DNA of 64,000 nt from Macrostomum lignano (taxonomy: Eukaryota): assembly GCA_002269645.1 (NCBI GenBank), contig NIVC01000891.1:186001-250000 (forward strand), read 5' to 3'. The translations under genes and the position numbers were made by a program. Under the pieces are notes generated by a model that was given only the letters and a program-made list of their open reading frames with translations, ran no database searches and was not told where the DNA came from. Of this stretch, positions 59,101-64,000 are shown piece after piece (position 1 is the stretch's first letter; each line of letters opens with the position of its first letter).

Positions 59101-62100
59101 TTGGTCATGCACTTGAGCATTCAGAAGTCGAAAAGTCAAAAAAGGTCATAGAAGGTCAGAAAAGGTCATAAAAGGTTATAGAAGGTCACAGAAGGTCATG
59201 AGAGGTCATAGAAGTTTAAAAAGGTCAGAAAAGGTCATAAAAGCCGCCCCTCCCACCTGCTCATCCAGCAGCTCGGGCCGCAGTCCCACCGGCCGCATGG
59301 CGTCCAGCTGTCGGAGCGCCAGCGCCAGCCACTGCTGCAGCCCGGCGATGGCCTCCTGCAGGCCGGAGCAGTGCAGCAGCTGCCGCTGAAGGCTGGCGCC
59401 CAGATCTGCGCACTCCTGCTTCAGCCGGTCGTGTCGGTTCAGAATAGCATTCACTTGGTCCTCCGGTTCTGTCGCTGAGGCGGACTGGCCGACCTGTGGG
59501 TTCATTCACCAGGGAAGAGGCCATTGTGCCTTTCCTTGCCATTCATCCGCAGAAAAGCATTTTGGGTGCCATTCTCTGAGCCATTAGTCAGTTCACTTGA
59601 GTTTGTCACTCCCGCCATGTCAGTTCACTCGAGTTTGTCACTCTTGCCAAGTCAGTTCACTCGAGTTTGTCACTCTTGCCAAGTCAGTTCACTCAAGTTT
59701 GTCACTCCCGCCATAGGAAGCCATCATGGAATTGAGCGCCACAATACTCGATCCCTCTCAACCAGCTCCAAGCCCACCTCATACATTTGAATTCAGAACC
59801 CGAAAAGCTCCGCTAACCTCATCGGCATTCTCGGCCAGCGCGTCGGCCAGAGCATCCAGAGCCTGTCGCAGCCGTTCAATCAGGCTGTCCAGCGAGAACA
59901 AATCCGCGCTGAAGCCGCGCACTCTCTGCGCCAGCGCGGCCAGCTCCGGCTCGCTGACCGGCCGCTGCTCGGCCAGCCTGGCCAGCTGAGACTCCAGCGC
60001 GCCGAGCTGCGAGTCGGCCTGCCGGCGCAGACCAACGAACTCGCTGGCGAGCTCGGCCGCGGTCTGGCGAGCTCTGAGCAGCTCACGGCACCGCTCGGAC
60101 AGCTCCGACTGTCGCTCCTGGACGGCGCGCACAGCCAGCCGAACCGACGCCTCGGATTCGTGAGCAGTGCCGACAAATTTCGGCGCCTCCTCACCGGACG
60201 ACTCCTGAGAGGTTGCAGCGGTGGCGGCGGCGGCGGACGCGAAGGCCTCCTGAGCGGACTCGAGCCCGCGGGCGCAGTTCACCAGGCGTTGGCCAGCCGC
60301 GGCCAGGGCTTTCATGTCCGGCTGGCGGGCCAGCAGCTCCGCTTCGCAAGCCTTCAAACCGTCGACAATGTCGGTGACGCTGGTCAACTTGGCGGCGTCG
60401 GCGTCAGAGTCGTCAGTGTCGGCGTCGGGATCGGCCGGGCGCCAGGCGGCCTCGGCCAGCTCGGAGAGACGCAGGCCGACCGCCTCCTGCCAGGACTGCG
60501 CTGTCTGCAGCCGGTCGGTCTGTGGATTCGAGGCAAGCCGTGAGACGGTTGGTTGATTTTGGCTACCAAAGTGCCTCATCCGCCCAGACTTTGGCCCCCA
60601 ATTGGCCCTCATAAATCCCACAAGTCCTGGGTACCTTCAAACTCTGAGGCCAAAGTGCCTGGGTTCGATTCCGCAAGCAAAGTATTATTTATTAAAAGGC
60701 CAGACAATGGGAAAGTCAGGGGCCAATGTACACCCAGTATGAGCATTTGACTGCGGACGAACCTGATTCTCCAGCGCGTCATGCAGAGCGGTGAGCAGTC
60801 TCAGTCTGGCGTCTGACTCGCGTCGGAGCTGCTCCATCAGGGATCGGCTGACGGTAGCGGCAGCTGTCAGTCTGTCGCGTTGATCTTCGCTAACAGCGTC
60901 GGAATATTTGTGCAGCAGGCTCTCCGTCTGGTAGCACAGCGTCAGCAACGGCTGCTGGCGAGACAGCAACTCGTTATTGATGTCCTGCAGAGATTAACGA
61001 CTGCGGGAGTCTGACTCAGGCCTAAACTGGAAGCTGAACTGTCTACCCCATGTAGTGTACCTCAGTGCATGCAGGCTGCCCAGTGCGATACCTCAGTGCA
61101 TGCAGGCTGCCCAATGCGATACCTCAGTGCATGTAGGCTGCCCAGTGCGGTACCTCAATGCATGCAGGCTGCCCAGTGCGGTACCTCAATGCATGCAGGC
61201 TGCCCAGTGCGATATCTCAGTGCATGCAGGCTGCCCAATGCGATACCTCAGTGCATGTAGGCTGCCCAGTGCGGTACCTCAGTGCATGCAGGCTGCCCAA
61301 TGCGATACCTCAGTGCATGTAGGCGGCCCAATAAGGTACCTCAATGCATGCAGGCTGCCCAATAAGGTACCTCAATAGGCTACCCAATGCGATACCCCAA
61401 TAGGCTACCCAATGCGATACCTCAAGGCTACACAACACGATACCTCAATAGGCTACCCAATGCGATACCCCAATAGGCTGCCCAATGCGATACCTACATA
61501 GGCTACCCAATGCGATACCTACATAGGCTGCCCAATGCGATACCTACATAGGCTACCCAATGCGATACCTCAATAGGCTACCCAATCCAGTACTCCAGTA
61601 CATTCAGTACACGTACATCAACAGACCATTCTAGCCAGTAAGCATGGTACCCTATGGCTCTACATTCACACATTAAAAAAAACAACTCCAAACGCACCTG
61701 GTGCTCCTCGAGCATCTGGGCCACCGGCTGCTCCTCCAGGGTGGCCGACGGGAAGGCCAACAGGCGAGCCTGCAGGCTGCGCAGCTTCGCCAACTCGCGC
61801 TCCAAATCAGTCAACAAGTCGTCGGCGTACTTCTTGGCGTCAACCTAATCGACAGGAATTCAGATTGACAGGTGTGACAGGGTATAGAAACGGTGATGGA
61901 GAGTGGTGATGGCGCAACAGCGGGAGTGCCACAATTTGCAGCCGCAACAGAAAAGCAGCGGCAAGAATGATCCGATACAATGGATAGCAGTTCACAGCGG
62001 AATCAACAAAACTAATCATCACCAAACTACTAAGCTAAACTACGGAATCAAAAGCACACGCTCGTACGGCTATCTGGCTTTAAAGAGGTAGCCTAATCAA

Positions 62101-64000
62101 AATAATAAAAAAGAAAATAGGAGAGTAAACACATCTCAGTAAGGATAAGACAACACACGCACAGATACTTACCCGTCAGAAAGGAATTATTAGTACATTT
62201 GAAAACAACACAGAAATAGCTAAAAGCCGGAAATGCCAGTGAGAAAGCCAGAGTTTCGGCATGCCAGACTTTGGCCAATCGAACTCAGCAACAGCAATAG
62301 AGGGTTCGCTAAATAATTTCAGCGCCATGCCGAACCACAAAAAGCACAACAAATTCACAAAAGCTAAAAGCTACAAATGCCATAAGAAAAGCGACAGTAC
62401 TTATTAATTACGACACCAAAGAATCTTACCGAACTCTCCAGTGACACGTATTGCAGAATATCAGAATACGAGCACTCAACGATTTGACCAAATCCAGACA
62501 CCAACCCAGAGCTCAGAGTGTTACCAGAGAAGGATGAAGTCAGGGAGCGAGAGTCCAAAGGTGAACGTAGAAAACTTTGAGAAGAAGTATTGCCTACATT
62601 GCTTGGGTCAAAAGAGCTCGAACCTCCGCTCGCCTCAACTGAAGATATGCTTAGCGAAGAGGGGCGTCTTACAACTGCACCAGATTGCAGGCCTGGTGGA
62701 CTGGATTCCAATCGCAACTCCTCAGCCTCCTTAAAAGCTTCCTGTGCATTCTTATCACACTGCTCTGCTGCTCCGTTGCTTTCCTGGTCTGCGCGCAGCT
62801 CGAGCTCTTTGATTTCGGGCTTCAGCTGCTCTTGTCGCTCTTCTGACGGACGCGACTCGGCGGCTTGCGCGTCTGTTGGAGACACCTCGTCCTTGACCTC
62901 AGCCTGCCCAGCAGCCTCTTCTGGCTTTGGTACTGCATCGCTTTCCTGGTCTGCGCGCAGCACGAGCTTTTTGGTTTCAGGCTTCAGCTGCTCTTGTCGC
63001 TCTTCTGACGGGCGCGACTCGGAAGCTTGCGCGTCTGTTGGAGCCGCCTCGTTCTTGACCTCAGCCTGCTTAACAGCATCTTCAGGCTTCGGAGCTTCTC
63101 GGCTCTCCTGATCTGCGCGCAGCTCGAGCTCTTTGGTTTCAGGCTTCACCTGCTCTTGTCGCTCTTCTGACGGACGCGACTCGGCGGCTTGCGCGTCTGT
63201 TGGAGACACCTCGTCCTTGACCTCAGCCTGCCCAGCAGCCTCTTCTGGCTTTGGTACTGCATCGCTTTCCTGGTCTGCGCGCAGCACGAGCTTTTTGGTT
63301 TCAGGCTTCAGCTGCTCTTGTCGCTCTTCTGACGGACGCGACTCGGAAGCTTGCGCGTCTGTTGGAGCCGCCTCGTTCTTGACCTCAGCCTGCTTAACAG
63401 CATCTTCAGGCTTCGGAGCTTCTCGGCTCTCCTGATCTGCGCGCAGCTCGAGCTCTTTGGTTTCAGGCTTCAGCTGCTCTTGTCGCTCTTCTGACGGACG
63501 CGACTCGGCGGCTTGCGCGTCTGTTGGAGCCGCCTCGTCCTTGACCTCAGTTTTTTCGGCAGCCTCTTCAGGCTTTGGAGCTTCTCGGCTCTCCTGATCT
63601 GCGCGCAGCTCGAGCTCTTTGGTTTCAGGCTTCAGCTGCTCTTGTCGCTCTTCTGACGGACGCGACTCGGCGGCCTCCGCCTCTGTTGGAGACACCTCGT
63701 CCTTGGCCTCAGCCTGCCCAGCAGCCTCTTCTGGCTTTGCTACTGCACCGCTTTCCTGGTCTGCGCGCAGCACGAGCTCTTTGGCTTCGGGCTTCAGCTG
63801 CTCTTGTCGCTCTTCTGACGGACGCGACTCTGAGGCCTCCGCCGCTGTTGGAGCCGCCTCGTCCTTGACCTCAGTCTTTTCGGCAGCCTCTTCAGGCTCC
63901 GGAGCCTCTCGGCTCTCCTGATCTCCACGCAGCTCGAGCTCTTTGGTTTCAGGCTTCAGCTGCTCTTGTCGCTCTTCTGACGGGCGCGACTCGGAAGCTT
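23435..64000 (-). CDS. Spectraplakin (Short stop/MACF1/dystonin-like), 3' portion; 27 core exons, ~4,330 codons in window; 5' end off-window
   Basis: Spectrin repeats (e.g. [26 protein letters not shown], close to MACF1), EF-hands ([19 protein letters not shown]; [18 protein letters not shown]), GAR domain ([57 protein letters not shown]), [11 protein letters not shown] and a terminal SRIP. All 26 junctions are GT/AG with consistent phase. Confidence 0.95.
24521..24559 (-). CDS. Candidate 39-nt cassette micro-exon after the GAR domain ([13 protein letters not shown])
   Basis: TTTCACCTGTCGCAG acceptor, GTAAGC donor, phase 1-1, no stop. Confidence 0.5.
25131..25178 (-). CDS. Candidate 48-nt cassette micro-exon after the GAR domain ([16 protein letters not shown])
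   Basis: CTGCCACTCCGTAG acceptor, GTAAGC donor, phase 1-1, no stop. Confidence 0.5.
25223..26140. repeat. Compound microsatellite: (TGTCTTAG)n then (TGTC)n
   Basis: 8-bp units to ~25520, then a tetranucleotide tract. The TDRQ/VCLS ORFs are artefacts. Confidence 0.97.
26362..26709 (-). CDS. Spectraplakin exon: second EF-hand plus GAR/GAS2 domain
   Basis: [17 protein letters not shown]...KNDPCR; CCCCAG acceptor and GTGAGC donor; phase 1-1. Confidence 0.95.
26740..34186. repeat. 25-bp satellite (GATGATCTATAAGATTCCAACAGCA), ~7.4 kb, with a 2,851-bp higher-order duplication
   Basis: About 300 copies. Rare variants recur at a 2,851-bp offset (27821/30672, 29031/31882, 29091/31942, 29821/32672). 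Confidence 0.97.
34480..34908. repeat. 54-bp minisatellite starting exactly at the 5' splice site of the EF-hand exon
   Basis: About 8 copies; each begins GTGAGT on the minus strand. Confidence 0.93.
34909..35071 (-). CDS. Spectraplakin exon: first EF-hand
   Basis: [54 protein letters not shown]; phase 0-1. Confidence 0.93.
35080..35705. repeat. 45/56-bp minisatellite (GAGAGCTCACAGATAGCAGTCAATTGAAGGAGCCTGGCAAGGGTT)
   Basis: About 13 copies abutting the acceptor of the EF-hand exon. Confidence 0.92.
36030..36380. repeat. 20-bp minisatellite (GATATCTAGAGATGCATCAG)
   Basis: About 17 degenerate copies. Confidence 0.85.
36744..37900 (-). CDS. Spectraplakin exon: last spectrin repeats with an Arg/Ser-rich insert
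   Basis: [19 protein letters not shown]...[23 protein letters not shown]; phase 1-0. Confidence 0.93.
38155..38291 (-). mobile_element. tRNA-derived SINE copy
   Basis: About 80% similar by eye to 57496-57615 in inverted orientation (CCAGCGGCCCAGGCT.GATT.CAAGTGCAGTCACATT...GAATCTCGGCTT.GGCCAACC), with an A-rich tail. Confidence 0.7.
38378..38819 (-). CDS. Spectraplakin spectrin-repeat exon
   Basis: [18 protein letters not shown]...ALGDALTCS; phase 0-1. Confidence 0.92.
38890..39345. repeat. 22-23-bp minisatellite (CTGCTCAATGTGGAGTTGCCTAC)
   Basis: About 20 copies. Confidence 0.93.
39372..39795 (-). CDS. Spectraplakin spectrin-repeat exon
   Basis: FNEMAATF...[11 protein letters not shown]; phase 2-0. 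Confidence 0.92.
39940..40440. repeat. ~43-48-bp minisatellite (ACAAACCGGAAGTGACTCACTTGAGAGAGACAATGAAGCAAG)
   Basis: About 11 variant copies. Confidence 0.88.
40469..40791 (-). CDS. Spectraplakin spectrin-repeat exon
   Basis: [13 protein letters not shown]...[12 protein letters not shown]; phase 0-2. Confidence 0.9.
40830..42460. repeat. Two purine-rich minisatellite blocks (40830-41100; 41545-42460, 19/24-bp GGGCAGGGAGATGAAGGGAGACAC)
   Basis: Tandem GA-rich units. The long PCPCLPSS ORFs are artefacts. Confidence 0.88.
42596..42949 (-). CDS. Spectraplakin spectrin-repeat exon
   Basis: VRNQIDQL...[15 protein letters not shown]...IEIAKHK; phase 0-0. Confidence 0.92.
43110..43632. repeat. 19-bp pyrimidine-rich minisatellite (TTCATCTCATACCCCTCCC)
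   Basis: About 27 copies. Confidence 0.93.
43684..44207 (-). CDS. Spectraplakin spectrin-repeat exon
   Basis: [14 protein letters not shown]...AGTVEQ; phase 1-0. Confidence 0.9.
44280..44670. repeat. 24-bp minisatellite (GATGATTCACAGGGAGAGTTTATT)
   Basis: About 16 copies. Confidence 0.93.
45034..45069 (-). CDS. Candidate 36-nt micro-exon ([12 protein letters not shown])
   Basis: AATAG acceptor, GTAAGT donor; phase 1-1 matches the host intron; gives a plausible helical linker into [12 protein letters not shown]. Confidence 0.5.
45405..45864 (-). CDS. Spectraplakin spectrin-repeat exon
   Basis: [12 protein letters not shown]...[15 protein letters not shown]...ANE; phase 0-1. Confidence 0.9.
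45950..46950. repeat. Compound TGTC / CTTAGTGTC microsatellite
   Basis: Same two motifs as 25223-26140, but interleaved. Confidence 0.93.
47494..48158 (-). CDS. Spectraplakin spectrin-repeat exon
   Basis: [12 protein letters not shown]...LEAWLGRAE...LLAQAK; phase 1-0. Confidence 0.9.
48200..48655. repeat. 32-bp minisatellite (GCTCAGCACAGAGGCCATCTCAAATGACTCAA)
   Basis: About 13 copies. Confidence 0.93.
48697..49015 (-). CDS. Spectraplakin spectrin-repeat exon
   Basis: [16 protein letters not shown]...DTDS; phase 0-1. Confidence 0.88.
49335..49667 (-). CDS. Spectraplakin spectrin-repeat exon (donor position uncertain)
   Basis: [13 protein letters not shown]...LSTWLCHTD; GTAATG donor chosen, but other phase-0 donors lie nearby. 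Confidence 0.75.
49705..49890. repeat. (GATT)n microsatellite
   Basis: Imperfect tetranucleotide run. Confidence 0.93.
50489..50803 (-). CDS. Spectraplakin spectrin-repeat exon
   Basis: [16 protein letters not shown]...LIAEHK; phase 0-0. Confidence 0.9.
50880..51510. repeat. 21-bp minisatellite (GGCGCCCCTTACAGAAGCTTT)
   Basis: About 29 copies. The [14 protein letters not shown] ORFs are artefacts. Confidence 0.95.
51767..52522 (-). CDS. Spectraplakin spectrin-repeat exon
   Basis: [10 protein letters not shown]...[16 protein letters not shown]...LAAQLQ; phase 0-0. Confidence 0.9.
52819..53145 (-). CDS. Spectraplakin spectrin-repeat exon
   Basis: [13 protein letters not shown]...VLSQFK; phase 0-0. 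Confidence 0.85.
53270..53669 (-). CDS. Spectraplakin spectrin-repeat exon
   Basis: [19 protein letters not shown]...LADCQ; phase 2-0. Confidence 0.88.
53690..54122. repeat. 16-bp minisatellite (GCAGAATGTATCATGT)
   Basis: About 27 copies filling almost the whole intron. Confidence 0.95.
54154..54712 (-). CDS. Spectraplakin spectrin-repeat exon
   Basis: [14 protein letters not shown]...QRLSDWL...LRSALS; phase 1-2. Confidence 0.87.
54855..55197 (-). CDS. Spectraplakin spectrin-repeat exon
   Basis: [18 protein letters not shown]...DEAGEA; phase 0-1. Confidence 0.85.
55262..55715. repeat. 16-bp minisatellite (GCCCGTCACCGCCCCA)
   Basis: About 28 copies starting right after the donor at 55718. 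Confidence 0.93.
55719..56314 (-). CDS. Spectraplakin spectrin-repeat exon
   Basis: [22 protein letters not shown]...LRHWVTQKE...AQAQQ; phase 1-0. Confidence 0.9.
56600..56990. repeat. CT-rich low-complexity tract
   Basis: Polypyrimidine tract with TCTCTCCCCTCTTTCCCGCT-like units. Confidence 0.85.
57111..57215 (-). CDS. Candidate 105-nt Ser/Pro-rich cassette exon ([35 protein letters not shown])
   Basis: GC-rich island in an AT-rich intron; CGCAG acceptor, GTAACC donor, phase 1-1, open frame; weak polypyrimidine tract. Confidence 0.4.
57496..57615 (+). mobile_element. tRNA-derived SINE copy
   Basis: A-box-like TAGCCCAGTGG (57500-57510) and B-box-like GGCTCGATTCC (57526-57536); body homologous to 38155-38291. 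Confidence 0.7.
58039..58390 (-). CDS. Spectraplakin spectrin-repeat exon ending in an SP-rich hinge
   Basis: [12 protein letters not shown]...ALDWLGRAE...SPTSPKRP; phase 0-1. Confidence 0.9.
58501..59037 (-). CDS. Spectraplakin spectrin-repeat exon
   Basis: [15 protein letters not shown]...VRDAWQE; phase 0-0. Confidence 0.87.
59257..59493 (-). CDS. Spectraplakin spectrin-repeat exon
   Basis: VGQSAS...LQQWL...ELLDEQ; phase 0-0. Confidence 0.87.
59818..60519 (-). CDS. Spectraplakin spectrin-repeat exon
   Basis: [12 protein letters not shown]...LAENADE; phase 0-0. Confidence 0.87.
60763..60984 (-). CDS. Spectraplakin spectrin-repeat exon
   Basis: [14 protein letters not shown]...DALENQ; phase 0-0. 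Confidence 0.87.
61055..61580. repeat. ~32-bp minisatellite (GCGATACCTCAGTGCATGCAGGCTGCCCAAT) grading into ~27-bp units
   Basis: Tandem copies with progressive deletion of the central segment. Confidence 0.88.
61698..61844 (-). CDS. Spectraplakin exon at the start of the spectrin-repeat rod
   Basis: [21 protein letters not shown]...MLEEHQ; phase 0-0. Confidence 0.85.
62430..64000 (-). CDS. Large spectraplakin exon (partial) with at least 7 tandem 54-aa (162-bp) acidic repeats and a Ser-rich linker
   Basis: Open frame for more than 520 codons, running off the window edge. Unit [54 protein letters not shown]. A strong phase-0 GTAAGA donor at 62429 joins the exon at 61844; attachment to the spectraplakin is inferred from strand and phase. 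Confidence 0.75.

Noticed and set aside
36700-60600. Plus-strand and alternate-frame ORFs overlapping spectraplakin exons (also 19125..20204 over AAGAB)
   Set aside because: Expected shadow ORFs of very GC-rich coding sequence with few stop codons; no recognisable domains.
6512-61378. Dozens of long repetitive ORFs in the track (MCTPS.., [41 protein letters not shown] and others)
   Set aside because: These are translations of intronic or UTR minisatellites. They lack splice or phase integration with the genes, and several frames and both strands are open simultaneously.

Overview
Animal genomic DNA with GC-rich exons and introns filled by intron-specific minisatellites. This architecture resembles Macrostomum-type flatworm genomes, but that is an inference and the organism cannot be proven from this window. 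Four protein-coding genes are supported. (1) Selenoprotein N (minus, 6 coding exons, 15069 to 8052, 621 aa) has an in-frame UGA at 8620-8622 in an SCUG motif, a perfect 14-bp hairpin just 3' of the UGA (SRE-like), and a canonical type-2 SECIS at 6040-6114 on the far side of a 1.1-kb minisatellite. (2) A divergent BOK-like Bcl-2 protein (plus, from 15642) lies head-to-head with SelN. (3) AAGAB/p34 (minus, 19014-20153) has a probable 15-nt first coding exon. (4) The 3' ~4,300 codons of a giant spectraplakin (Shot/MACF1/dystonin-like; minus, >64000 to 23435) span 27 phase-compatible exons: an acidic 54-aa tandem-repeat exon, spectrin repeats, EF-hands, a GAR domain and a terminal SxIP, plus four candidate frame-preserving cassette or micro-exons. 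Mobile DNA comprises a mariner fragment, a hAT-type MITE with 8-bp TSD and tRNA-derived SINE copies. Most remaining ORFs in the supplied track are repeat or antisense artefacts. Exon boundaries were derived by hand from GT/AG sites, phase and protein homology recalled from memory; no database search was run.
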